This document shows, piece after piece, positions 12,279 through 27,411 of a DNA stretch of 54,911 nt. The notes under the pieces are model-generated. The model worked only from the letters and a program-made list of their open reading frames with translations, was not told where the DNA came from and did not search any database. The stretch is from positions 1 through 54,911 of the forward strand of contig JALAIB010000007.1 of the NCBI GenBank assembly GCA_023645945.1, in the 5' to 3' direction. Positions within the stretch are counted from its first letter, which is position 1. Each line of letters opens with the position of its first letter. Both the position numbers and the translations under genes were made by a program. The DNA is from Diploschistes diacapsis. Its lineage: Eukaryota.

Positions 12279-12631
12279 TTTTTTCTGGTGCTATGTACAG
12301 TGGAGTGGACATGCTGGCGTAGGAGTTCAACGGGCTGAGGGTCTTTCTTGAGCAATCATCCATGGTAGGTGAAGCGCTCTACTATGAAGGTTGCAGTAGA
12401 ACAGTCATAAAGTTGTACAAATACTATTGAGTGAATGATACTTTGAACCTCAAGATGCATTTGTCCAAGGATATCTGCGATGATAATGCATATCTACGTG
12501 ATGAGGAACTAAGGAGGCGTTGAACATCAAAATTTCCGGAGATAAATACTCAAACTCCGTCTGGTGGTTAAGGAAGCTCAAGCATCTTATAGATTACCCA
12601 AACCAATGTAGCAAACCTCTGACGGCCCAAA

Positions 12632-13997
12632 ATGTCGCAGAAGAAGATTGAAGAATGGGAAATAGAACGTTACTGGGAAATATTCTCCTCCCTGGCCGGC
12701 GGCGGCACCCACCTTGACAGCAACCAGGCCGCCAAAGTCCTCCGCAACAGCCAGCTCTCGGACGACCAGCTGGCGCGGGTATGGGATCTCGCGGACCTCG
12801 ACGACGACGGGCGGCTGGACTTTGAGGAGTTTTGCGTCGCCATGCGGCTCATATTCGACCTAGTGAACGGAGTGTGTATGCCTCTGCTCAGCTTTGGCTA
12901 CATTCCCAGCGAATGTGCGCTTTTTGGTAAAAAGAGGCTGACAATCGCTACGCTATTTGCAGGACCTCAAATCCGTCCCCTCCACACTCCCCGACTGGCT
13001 CGTGCCCTCCTCGAAAGCCCATCTCGCTCAAGCATCTCGCGCGCTCTCCGGCTCCGCCGACTCCACCTTCGCCCGCCCCGACCTCGACTCCTCCTCCGAC
13101 TCCTCCTCCGACTCGGCGCCGGGCCTGAAAGACGGCTTCGACTGGTACATGGCGCCGGCGGACAAGGGCAAATACGAAGAGATCTACTCGGCCAACGCCG
13201 ACGCGCACGGCGACATCAGCTTCTCCGGGCTGGACGCGCTGTACGCGAGCCTGGACGTGCCGGACACGGACGTGCGGTCGGCGTGGAACCTGGTCAACCC
13301 GAAGAGCAAGCCGGCGATCGGCAGGGACGCCTGCCTGGCCTTCCTGCACGTGCTGAACGGCCGGCAGGAGGGCTACCGCGTGCCGCGCTCGGTGCCGCCC
13401 TCGCTGCGCGCCTCCTGGGAGCGCGGCCAGATAGACTACCGCGTCGACCGCGTCGCGCCCGCGCCCACGCCCGCGCAGAGGTGGGGCTCCGGCGCGGACG
13501 GGGACACGGAGACGCACTCCGGCCGCAAGGCCAAGTTCGGCGAGACCTACCTCTCGCGCCTGGGGCTCGGCGGCGGGACCAACTACGCGCCCTCGGGCAC
13601 CGACTTTGGCGCCTCCTCGAGGCCGGGCGGCGGAGCACCGACGACGCCGGACTGGGAGGAGGTGCGGCTGAAGAACCAGCTGGCCGAGCTGGAGGACAAG
13701 ATTGCGCGGATAGAGCGCCGGGCGGAGGAGCGGCGGCGGGCGCGAGCGGCCGGGGGCAGGGACACGAAGCCGGCGCTTGTGAAGAGGGAGTTGGAGCAGA
13801 TGCTGGATTACAAGCGGGGGGTTTTGAGGGAGATGGAGCTGGGCGAGGGGGCGGTCAAGGAGGGGGAGACGTTGAGGGTGATTAGAGGGGAGGTGGAGAG
13901 CGTGAGGGAGCAGGTGGAGGGGCTGGAGAGGCATTGGAAGGCGAGGGAGGAGGTGTTGAGGGGGTTGAGGGAGGAGGTTGATGCCGAGAAGCGGTAG
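12632..13997 (+). CDS. END3: EH-domain endocytic protein End3; intron 12872-12962
   Basis: [20 protein letters not shown]-hand [38 protein letters not shown] motif and [17 protein letters not shown]. Confidence 0.93.
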
Positions 13998-14327
13998 GGG
14001 TTTGGAAGGGGAAGAGGCAAAAGGGGAAAGGGGGAAATCACGGTACAGGGTGGAGCCAGAGAGCTGGTTCTGTGAGGACTGTGGAGACTTTTTTTTTGAA
14101 GTGGAAGCGCTGAAGCTGGGTAAGGGCCGAGGGTGAAGGACTTATCCTCCAGCTCCTTGAGGTGGTGCGCTGAGAACCTACCCGAACAACGCTAGTAGAT
14201 ACAATGCGGCATGCTACAAGGTTGGATGCGGGAACATTCCCGTGAGTAGCTTCTCAGATATGTATATTCTGCCCTTCAAAGTAGTCGGCCTCGTCTGTTC
14301 TCGAGAAGTTTAGGTCTTCGCAGCACC

Positions 14328-16127
14328 TCACTTCTTGCCCTTCCTCCCCTGCTTCTCCGATCTCATTTCTTGCACGAAGTCCTCTACTCCCGCTAACGCA
14401 GCCTCGGGGCTGTTCTTGTGCTTGAGTAGATAACCCTGAAACTCGGCGGGAGTGAACTCGTCAGCTGGCATCCGCTCGGCAAATTGTGCCGCCATCTCTG
14501 CGATCTCGGCGTCTGACTTGCTATGATGCCGGAGGTGGAGCGCCTTTTCCTTCTCCTGGACCTTTCCTCCAGGTTCAGGTGCGGGGCTATCCGGTGGAGT
14601 AGGAAGATCCTGAGTTCGGGCGCTGGTGAGAGCTTTTTCGTCCAAGTGCTTCGGTAGGGTAACATGCCCGTTGGACTGCGTCTGCGTTTTGTGGGTGACA
14701 GTCCCCTCGGCGGAAGTGTTTGAGCTGGCCTTTGCCTCATGGTTGGAGAAAATGGCTTGGTAGATGCCTTTGATCATCGGTGCATCTGCGAAACCAAAGC
14801 GCACGGTCATATCTACACGTCCAGGCCTTAAGATGGCAGGATCCAGATTCTCCTTATGATTTGTAGTCATGCAAAGGATTCTTCCTTCGCTACTCGCCAC
14901 TCCGTCGATAATATTTAAGAAGCCACTGAGCGTGATGCCTTTCGGGCTTGCACTGTTTTCACCACCCTGCGCGCCCGCTGGGGTTTTCGCATCCGTCGGC
15001 TTCGAGTCCTCCTCACTATTCTCATCTAGACGCTTAGCAGTGACGCCGGCCGAATCTATGTCTTCAAGGAGCACGATGCATCGCCATGGCAGGTCGCGGA
15101 AGAGGTTGGCAAGCGTGTCCTCGGTCAGTGATCGCGAATTTAGACTAACAACGTAGATACGCAGACTCAGCAAACCTGCCATGGCGAAGCACAGCGAAGT
15201 TTTGCCCGTTCCAGGAGGGCCGTAGAAGAGATAGCCTCGCCGATAAGGGATGCCACGGTTGGAATACCAACGACGCGTGTATGGGTGGAGGTACTCTCTC
15301 ATGTCGTCCACGATCAGGTCTTTCTGGGTCTGGTCGAGAACGACCGTGGAAAGTGGCCGAGGCGGCCTTGACAGGCACCTTATCCATTCCATGTCCCCTG
15401 CACTGCCTCCAGATGGCTTGGTTCCTCGGTAGATGATGGTGCGATTACCATCGCGCTCGTGGTATACTCTCTGCGCTTCCTGCAGTAAGTCCTTCAGTAT
15501 TTGAGGATTGCGTCCCATGCACGAAAGGTAGATAGTCTCTGTTTTCGTTCTGTTGAAGAATCCAAGGTTGTCTTCACGCCGCCTCTCAATGGTCAAAAGA
15601 TGGTTCCTATAACGGAAAAAGTGGATACCAATGGAAGGTGTACAATGCAGTTCCTTGATCTTGTCCCAATTAGGAGGCTGGTCCTCAAGGGTTTCCCATT
15701 CTTCGTCGTCCAAACCGGTCGTGTTGTCGCACTCGTCCTCTTCTGTCCATACATGCTGGCTGTTGGTCTGTGTGCCAGCAATGAATTGAGGAGTGTTTCG
15801 GGAGAATTTCTGCTTTGAAACCCAAAACATGAGGTAATTGTACATCTCGTCATCGTAGCGTATCTCAGCAGTAGAGAAGATCCATTCGGAAAAGAAATCC
15901 CACAAGCTACGGGCGCAGTGCCTGACACCGGTTGCTATTGCAAGGAAAACGAGAGCGCTCAGCAGGTATTGCGTGATATCGATTTTGAAATAAAAAGAAA
16001 ATACGCTCGACAATATCGAGAGTCCAGGAACCAGGGTCTCAAGCATGGGAATCAAAGCATCCTGCAAATGTACAGGAGGTACATTTGTGCCTTTCCCGAA
16101 GGAGGTATTTTGATACTGATCCTCCAT
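14328..16127 (-). CDS. BCS1-like mitochondrial AAA ATPase
   Basis: BCS1_N-like region (YNYLMFWVSKQ, TPSIGIHFFRY), WYSNRGIPYRRGYLFYGPPGTGKTS (Walker A), LLEDID (Walker B) and LDPAILRPGRVD. The start is placed at MEDQ (16127). Confidence 0.9.
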   Translation of the reverse strand: MEDQYQNTSFGKGTNVPPVHLQDALIPMLETLVPGLSILSSVFSFYFKIDITQYLLSALVFLAIATGVRHCARSLWDFFSEWIFSTAEIRYDDEMYNYLMFWVSKQKFSRNTPQFIAGTQTNSQHVWTEEDECDNTTGLDDEEWETLEDQPPNWDKIKELHCTPSIGIHFFRYRNHLLTIERRREDNLGFFNRTKTETIYLSCMGRNPQILKDLLQEAQRVYHERDGNRTIIYRGTKPSGGSAGDMEWIRCLSRPPRPLSTVVLDQTQKDLIVDDMREYLHPYTRRWYSNRGIPYRRGYLFYGPPGTGKTSLCFAMAGLLSLRIYVVSLNSRSLTEDTLANLFRDLPWRCIVLLEDIDSAGVTAKRLDENSEEDSKPTDAKTPAGAQGGENSASPKGITLSGFLNIIDGVASSEGRILCMTTNHKENLDPAILRPGRVDMTVRFGFADAPMIKGIYQAIFSNHEAKASSNTSAEGTVTHKTQTQSNGHVTLPKHLDEKALTSARTQDLPTPPDSPAPEPGGKVQEKEKALHLRHHSKSDAEIAEMAAQFAERMPADEFTPAEFQGYLLKHKNSPEAALAGVEDFVQEMRSEKQGRKGKK

Positions 16128-16849
16128 CTTCCTCACCCAGGACGATCTCTGCCTGATAGAGAAACAGAACGTTGATCTGAATGGCAACAATTCTTCGTGA
16201 AACGACGTAGGCCTACCTTGCTTATGTATATGTGAAGTCTGGTGCAAGGTATCATGCAGCCTGCAGCCTCTTCTGCCTCCTTTGCAAAGCTCAGGTCGAG
16301 CTGAGGCTCTTTTCACGGTCTGTCGATGCGTCATCTGACTTTTGGCCATGGTGGCAATACAGCAAGTACTGAATCCTGTTGCACTCTTGCGAATCGGGCG
16401 CAGTTGTGTAGCTAGCGCTAGGCGATTCCCATAAGCTGGAACTTGAACCCCTCCAGCTACAAGCCTTGCACGAAGCAGATGCCTAGTACAAAGGTGGAGA
16501 GCCCCGCTTAGTAGTAACTGGGTAGATACTGGCTGGCAAACAAGCTGGAATGACACCATGGGAAGGCTCGTAGCCTCGCAGCCTCCATGACTCAAGAACA
16601 ACTCAGCCCGTAACAAGCCGTGTGGGTGGAACACCAGTACGCTATAGGCAGTAGGTAGTTTAGGTGCTCCCACATGGATTCGATGAAAGTGAGTGTGCTT
16701 GACCGATATCCTTTTGGAATGCACAAGGCAATGCGGAAAGGGTGCCTGAGAACAAGTTCTCTATGTACAACTAAGTATGAAGTGCGCTTGATTTGCATTC
16801 CTATATCAAGCCTTGGCAGTTGTATGAAAGAGCGTTGCGATCTGGGCAC

Positions 16850-18092
16850 TCATTCCTCGCTCAGGACACTACCTACCTCTGACCAAGTACTTGGTGTGCT
16901 GAGTCTACCAACATCACTCATGGTATCAATATCTCCCATCATCTCACTCCTTGCCTCGTTCGATCCAATGACCGAGATAGCGGTGGATGTAGCTTGGCTA
17001 CCACTTTCGCTGGCGATCTCGATGTCGCGATAATGTCGCTCGGATTCTGGCGGCGAGTAGAACGACGCATGTCCAGTTGAGGCTGTTGATGCCCACTCTT
17101 GGATCGATTGAAAAGACGGTGGCTGGGAAGGCTGTCCTGGTGCCTGGCCCAGAGAATTTGAATCTGGATGATGTGTCGAGGTAGGCGTGAAGACCGGAGA
17201 GGAAGAAAGCAGAGTAGCTGACATGGATGGAGCGGCGGAAGTGGTGGGGGTTAGATCGACAAGAAGGTCCGAGTCATGTGTGGAATTTGAATTGTCTACC
17301 CTTGTGTCTCTCCGAGCAACATCCGTATCGATAACGGGAGGCGAGTCACCTCCAATAGTAACACTCCTTTCCCTCTCTTGTTGAGAAAGCTGTAGCTGTC
17401 GGAAGGGCTCCAATGATGCTTTCTCGTCCATAGCATCCATGCCCATCTCGTCCGCGAAAGGATTTGCCACAACACTACCCATCGCAGCACCTGTGGCCTC
17501 CTTAGTTCTGTTCCTCAAACCCTCGTTCGACATCTTTTCAGCGGCTGTGGTTATCGCCGTTTCTATGGCGTCCAAATCCAACTCTTTCTCCTTATCCTTT
17601 AAGCTTCCATCCGAGTTCACTAGTTGGTCAAAACTAGAACTCATCTTCTCTCCCGTCTGCCTTGCCCTTGCCCTTCTTTGCTCTTCGAACACGCGGCCAC
17701 GTCGCAGTATTTCTTCCCTGGCTTGACGCCGGCGCTCAGTAGCTTCGGGACTGGAGTCTTCACTTGTCGAGACATCTTCACGGGATATAATGCGAGAGGA
17801 ACTGGATCGTTGAAGATCCTCGGACAGATCGTTGATTGCAAGGGCAATCCTTCGCCGCGACTCGTCTATCCATTCTCGAACTTGTGGATTATCGTAGACT
17901 GCAAGGCCAGCGGCAATCAGAAGGGAGAGCGAAAAAATGAAACCTAATCATGAATTGTTAGCGCTACTTTGAATATGCACAATGCGATAAATGGATGGAC
18001 ACAGATGGAGGTGTTTCGGCCTTCTATTCGAGTGAAGGAGTGATGCGTAAACTTGCGAGCTGTTTACCTTTGGCCAGTGGTGCTACAGGCAT
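16850..18092 (-). CDS. Fungal hypothetical protein with N-terminal membrane anchor; intron 17944-18067
   Basis: Exon 1 MPVAPLAK-G splices (GTAAAC...GCTAAC...TAG) to GFIFSLSLLIAAGLAVYDNPQVREWI, continuing in frame into ORF 16850-17692, which ends TPSTWSEVGSVLSEE. Confidence 0.75.
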
Positions 18093-18694
18093 GGCCCTGT
18101 AGCTACTAGCTGGCTGTTGATTAGAAGTAAATATGGATGATTCGGAATCTTGCAGGAATGGGAGAGAGTATTGGGTTTACATGGGCAGTTTATATTCTTA
18201 TATTCTTATGGTCGTCATCAAAGCGCCACCAGGAGTCAGTGACCCTGTCCGAGATCTTCCCAACTTGTGTGCGCCGCTAGTCATTGCGCGATACATGCAT
18301 GATTATTGAAAGCCCAGAAAACAAAATTTCCTATAAATTCGGATTCCCTTATTGGCGACCCAAGTTGCGATTTCACGATAAGTCTTTAATGATCATAGAG
18401 CCTATCTGCCAACAAGCGGACATGAGCAGAAGGCGAACCAAACGCGCGCCTCAAAGTTTGCTCCTCGGATGGAAAATGACAATTAGGAAATAAAGCTTAC
18501 CGTGAATTCGTAAAGCTGTGACGATTTCCAGACTTGGTAGGTCTCAATGCTGTTTGGTGGTGAAGTGCTCGCGCTGCGTTCGTTGTATAAAGATCGAGAA
18601 GGAGATACTCGAACAACCAAGTTTTCGTGTAAACGAAAAGAGTAACAAGGAGCAAACCCACTTTGGAAAGAAGTTTCGGCTCTCTCCTCAGAAT

Positions 18695-19425
18695 TCAACC
18701 CTTTCCCTCCCCTACCATCCTCTTCACCTTCTCCAGGAGCACTTCACTTTGCCGTCCGAGCTTCGCCTGACCATGCGGGCCACCCCCTTTCGATTTCTCT
18801 ATGGCTTTACGCCAGCGATCTCTTTCTGCCCGCCTGCGCTCACGCTGGGCAAGCGCAGCGGCCATATCTTCTCTTCGTTTGACTGCTTCTTCCTTCGCTT
18901 GTTGCGCGTGCTTCATTTCTCGACTGAAAGGAACCTGCTTTTGTGACCTGGGCCGCTGCCGCACTCGTTCATTGAATTCTTCGTTCAGGCCCCAATTGAA
19001 ATCGGACGACAGATGGGCCTTGGTTGCACTGACTGGAGCCGCATCTATCAAAGCTTGACGAGCAGGATGCGGTTCATTTGATGCTGGCTGATGCAAGTCG
19101 CCGGAAAAGGCTCCATCTCCCTGCTCATTTGTGCTTTCATCTTGTTGGCTACTCAGGCGGCCTATTGCGGATGACGGCTGTGATTGATTCTCTCGAGCTA
19201 TGAGCTTGGCGTACGAGGCCTTGATTTTTGCTTTCTCGATCAGATGCTTCTTGATCCTCTGAGCTGCATGGCAAATTAGCAATTAGTTATTGATTCGCAC
19301 CGATACACACTTTTCCTTCTGTAGGTGCCGTCTGGTAGGGTTGCCGGTCCAACGGAGAAGCCGGTCTTGTTTTTTTTGGCTGCTGGTACAGAATCTCGCT
19401 CATCACGATACTTTTTGGGAGCCAT
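18695..19425 (-). CDS. FYV7-like rRNA-processing protein; intron 19264-19310
   Basis: [37 protein letters not shown] and a C-terminal [20 protein letters not shown]; highly charged. Confidence 0.7.
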
Positions 19426-19479
19426 TGTTTCGGTCTTTACCAGCAGATCTGCTGACATCAAAGCTCAAGGGATATTAGG

Positions 19480-19900
19480 CTGGCATTTCCAGCTGCGCAC
19501 TACCAGCATTCAGAGCTCTAGCGGCCCTAGGCACAGAAGTAGCTATAGTAACTTTAAAACTTAGAACCTAACTAAATCTATTTACTACTACGTAATAGTC
19601 GGCCGGGTAGAAGATTAATATCAGAACCAGGGATAAACAGATTTAAAAAAACATAAAGAAATGTACATAAATTATCCCAATGTTGTGCAAAATAATGAAT
19701 GTTGTCAGCCGCTAACCCGAAGGGCTTAACGCCAAGGACTAGCCCAAAAGGACTTAGTCGTGCAACTAGCGCGCCAGGGTCATAGCCTAAGGTTCGAGTC
19801 AAATTAAGCTGAATATCTAGTGCATGGCTAGTTGCATGGCTAGTAAACTTATGGCTGAGGTGGGGGCTATTCTATATTCTACAGGAAGCTGTTACCCCTC
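19480..19900. mobile_element. AT/TpA-rich repeat remnant, possibly including a solo-LTR-like relic (about 19700-19883)
   Basis: Locally AT-rich and TpA-rich. TGT...ACA ends at 19700 and 19883. Imperfect inverted repeat 19754-19769 vs 19828-19843 and tandem CTAG(T)TGCATGG units. No perfect target-site duplication and no TE coding sequence. Confidence 0.35.
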
Positions 19901-20034
19901 TAGAATTCCATAGGTAGAGCATTTCGAGAGACTGAAACTGTATAGTTGCGTTGATCATTGTTTCCTATAACAAGTATCTACTAAAATGTAAACTCATTGA
20001 TTGAGGCTTTTTTGACGGAGGGATAGCTGGTCTT

Positions 20035-20588
20035 TCACTGCTCCCTTCTGTCCTGAAGAGTATCTTGATCCACGTTCTCTTCACCGGGTGCAGCCTCGAC
20101 AGTCGGCCCATCCCCTGCGAGGCTATCTTCGTTGCTTTGATCATGATCAGATATTGATTTCAAATTCAACGTAAAAACCCTGTTACTCACGAAATGTTCT
20201 GTCGGATGTGCTTCTCATATCTCCCTGATCCTTTTGCGTTGTCCATATCTCCTGTCTGCATCTGCAGTCTCTCGGTTTCCATCTCCACTGGCATGCTATC
20301 TCCATATGCTGTACGGATTGATCAGTCATACTCCGCAGTCCATATAAAAGGAAGCCACGTACCCGTAACGACCTCTCCAGTCGCTCCTACCCTATCCATT
20401 GTGCTACGTGGGATATCCGTCGCGTTATCCGCCGCTCCAGCCAGGTCACCACCTGCTGACTGGTAAGGTGGCTGCTGATGAGGATTTGGGACTGAGGGAA
20501 TGGTGCGTTGTGTGCCAGCATCGCTTGGGATGGATGTCCCCTTTTCAGCCATATCGTTCAAGTCACCGCCTTGCCTTGGGTCTGACAT
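20035..20588 (-). CDS. Small hydrophilic fungal protein, 3 exons (possible stress/conidiation hydrophilin)
   Basis: MSDPRQGGDLNDMAEKGT...DLAGAADNATDIPRS...GEVVT|AYGDSMP...KGSGRYEKH...|NEDSLAG...RREQ*. The GTACGT and GTGAGT donors with CTGAT branch sites keep the frame. Confidence 0.75.
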
Positions 20589-20756
20589 CTTGAAACTTAA
20601 TGAATAATTGGCGTTGGCTGTGTTGAAGAGACTTGATCTGCAAGACTCGGTTTCGATATGGAGGCGTTAGGTAGAATTGCTGGAAGGATGAAGCAGACAA
20701 AAACTCGATATGTCCAACGTTCTGCGCTGTGGGAATGATTGCGGGTTCCCCACGTC

Positions 20757-20827
20757 GACGTCACCGTCACCGTCACCGTCATCGTCACCGCCGTCGTCAC
20801 CGCCACCATCGGAACACCATCACGTCA
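20757..20827. repeat. (CGTCAC)n imperfect tandem array containing CRE-like TGACG half-sites
   Basis: Seven CGTCA copies at 20759, 20765, 20771, 20777, 20783, 20795 and 20823, lying 170-240 bp upstream of the ATG at 20588. Confidence 0.8.
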
Positions 20828-21339
20828 CGAGTCCGATCGGACTCTCTGGTTCCTGGTGACTGTCGTGGTTAATCTATACTGCTAGTATAGACATACTGGA
20901 CGCAGCCAAAGTTGTAAAGTCGCTTCTGTAAGCTACACATTATCGATCTGCTGCGCTTTTGAAGCAGTAAACCTATCTGGGGTTGGCCATAGCGTCTGTG
21001 GCTCCTCCACTCTTTGTTCTTTTCCACTGCCACGAGCCTTCTTGGCCACCGCAGTCTAAAAGTCACAACACCAAAATAATAGGAGCGCAAACCGTACTCG
21101 TAACCTGGGCAAGATGAAGTAGGGGAGGACAACTACGGTTCATAACCCCATGCCTAAATCCAGCATAATCTTATCCCCTGACTGCTGGCGCTGGCAGTGA
21201 CACATCATCCCAAAAGACTCCACCTTACTAGCTTCTTTCCTTGCTTCAAGGTTGTACTGTAGAAGAACTTCTTTCATTTCAATTATTTGCTTCTCGACTA
21301 TTATGCCGTTGAGTACTTTCATTATCTTCATCCCTCAAA

Positions 21340-23858
21340 ATGCCCATGTTCAGTGACCCGGACCGGCGCTTGGGCGAAGACTTTCGACCTCCTGCGAAAC
21401 CAGCCACTCCTCCACCCTTGAAGTGGAGAGACTCCGATGAAAGTATCAGAACCGAATTTTGCGACGGCCCTCTGCTGGACGACCCTTCTCCAAGTTATTC
21501 GAATCTGTATTCAAGCTCGCAATTAAAAGAGTATCAAAGACCCGCAAGCAGTAGCCGCCAAGACCTTATCGAGAGAATCAAGAGAGGTCAGAGTTCAAGT
21601 TGGGCATCAAATTCCAAGGTAATGTGCTTTTCAAATGCTTGGCCCATAGTCTACATGAATATTGGAAATACTGCATAGTTCAATGCTTTCTGTATAGTGT
21701 GTGCCGAATGCAAAGCTCAAGCTTGCAAGTTGTTGCGAGTTAAACTGTTGCAGAGGAAATATCTATACGCTTCCCAGGCTAACAAGTCAAATGATAGCAT
21801 GCCGACTTATTTGGAAGCAACCAGAACGGTGTTGTCGAGGAAGATGTATCACATCCCCATCCAGCCAGGCTTCTACCAGCTTTTGAGGCCTCGCAAGCTC
21901 CACGGCCAGCTGATGAAATGGGTGCTGGGTTAACGGATACAAATGTGCAAGCCGGTCTGAAAATAGAGAGGCCAAGGTCTGCGCTTCATGCAGGTGATTT
22001 TACTGAGCATGGACGCAAAGCTCACGATTTCCCCTCTGCGTTCCAGGAGGATCTGAACCGTCTTGAACGCTCAGAGAGCAAAGCTCCGTTAGCAAGCTCA
22101 CCCTCGACACCGTGGTATAAGCCGCTTTCATCGCCGCACCACGAAAGTGATTTTGTGCAGAGGTCGCCATCAGTTGACATCCCAAATCAGTCGAGGATGG
22201 GGTCTGTACGGAGTCGGGCTCTTGCTTTGCAGTCGTATTCGTCAAGCTTCGTGTTGAAAGCACCTACAAGTCCACTTGTGTATCAGTCAAACAACAATGA
22301 TCTGGATTTCTCCCCAATCAACATCTCTTCAAGCCCCAGCAAAACTAGCAGACGTCACACCTTACCTCCGCAGAGCTTTCAGTCTTTCAAAACGCAGCCA
22401 CCTACTTTAGCACAAGCTGCTCGCCAACCTCCGTCAATGAAGCGAGAGACTAGTCTTCCCTACCAAGTCCATCGATCCAGACGATCTTTGACCTCCATTT
22501 CGCCGCTTGGAGTTGCTTCATCGCCGCAGCTACCTATTTTTCTGCGCTCGCGGAGAACTTCCTTCGCTTCGGATGCCTCGCCTATCCAGCATGCGTCAAT
22601 GGTCGGTTCCTACGAGGAGTCGATTCTCCGTGGTCGGATGTCCACGACGCCTTCCAAGCCTCTTGACTTCACTGCCCAGATTGGTGCTCTTGGAAAAGGC
22701 GACTGCAAGCCTAAATATCCTGCGCATGTGTCTGTGGGGTTTCCGGCGGTGTATTATAGCTGGGGCTCTGCTCATGGTGGATCTACGCTTGATGAGCCAA
22801 GTCCCTATGTTGGACTGATTGATCTGGAACATAAGCTTACAGCCCCTCCAGTAAAGGAAAAACAGAAGCGAAGAAGCGAAAAGGTACGACCAGATGACCA
22901 AGACGGTCTTAGCGAAGCGTCCAATAGCAATGCCCGAGCATCTAGACGAAGAGAAAAGCGAAAGCGTCGGTCCCCGTCTCCCAACAGTAGTTTGATGGCT
23001 GGTGGATGTTACCGTATCCCGCAGCAAGGTCAGCTTCAGATTCTTATCAAGAACCCTCATAAAACCGCGGTGAAGCTTTTCCTGGTGCCATACGATCTAA
23101 AAGGCATGGAGCCCGGCACCAAAACTTTTGTGCGTCAGAGGTGCTATTCGGCGGGCCCAATCATTGAGAAGCCTCTGACTTCACGATCCATATCAGAGCC
23201 TGGTACTGAAGGAAGATATGTCCCTTCAGACCCCAAAAGCAGACCAACGCTTCGCTATTTGATTCAGCTAAACATCTGTTGTCCAGCAAAAGGCCGGTGT
23301 TATCTCTATAAGAACATCCATGTCGTGTTCGCAAACCGAGTTCCGGACAATAAAGAAAAACTACAAAATGAAATACTCTGGCCAGAGCCTAGGTATAGTC
23401 CTTGGAAACCATCCAACTCGACAGAAAACATGAGCTCGAGTACCCAGATCTCGGACAAGGTGGCTAGGAGCATAAGCTACAGTGGAGCAACCCATACACC
23501 GACAAATCTTGACGTTATGGACGGACTGCAGGATTTTAGCGGAAATGCTTTGAAGCCAACCACCAATGAGGCCTCTTCACCACTCACGTTACATCCTATA
23601 TCCAAGGAAGGCAGACGCCCTGATGTCGATGCAATCCAACGGACGACCATAGGTTGCCGAGACGCATGCCTGCAGCAAGAGCTCTTGAAAAAATACCCAA
23701 GCGACAGTAAAACGAGGGCGAGTACCGCTGATGCTTACACGAAATTGAGTCCAGGAGAGGCAGGCTACGGTGGGGTTTTCGGTCGACCAGGTACACCTGA
23801 GCCTGGCGAGGGGTTGCTAGCACGGCGTTTAAAGGGTCTGGGCGAGAAAAGAAGGTAG
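21340..23858 (+). CDS. DUF4210 / ATOS (FAM214)-like protein; intron 21619-21798
   Basis: SMVGSYEESILRGRMS, FTAQIGALG, PSPYVGLIDL, GCYRIPQQGQLQILIKNPHKTAVKLFLVPYDL..M.PGTKTFVRQR and LRYLIQL. Confidence 0.88.
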
Positions 23859-24267
23859 AGCGTTGATAGTTTTTTTGAGAGCTTCGATACTTTTAGCATG
23901 GCGTCTAGGGAAGGTTCCTCTGTGGGAATCCACTGGAATTGGCGCTCTTATATAATGTCGTACCAGCTTAAAGTTTGAGCAGCTCAAAGGTATATAGAGT
24001 CTCTTATTAAGACCATTGTAGTCAGAACGATCATGACAAAACAAAAGATTTAGGTATACTAGTATCATCTCTCGCCAACCTTGTCGAGATATATGTAGGC
24101 AAGATGCCAAGCCAATATACACGCGTGCGACGCGGTCTCTCTTTCGTCGACGCGACTTAGACGTGTACCTTGCTGTCTCTCCATATCGTAACGGTGATTT
24201 TGAACATGCTCGAAGATATATCGAGAATTCGAAGCACCCAGTCATTTGCTATTCGAAGAGCGGCCAG

Positions 24268-27411
<3,144 letters not shown>

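Noticed and set aside
12632..13934. Long alternative ORFs over END3 (417 aa + strand read-through; 328 aa - strand)
   Set aside because: These are intron read-through and shadow ORFs caused by high GC3. The spliced End3 frame explains the region.
19730..19805. GGTTCGAGTC resembles a tRNA T-loop / B-box
   Set aside because: The flanks cannot form a T-stem or acceptor stem, and I cannot fold a cloverleaf.
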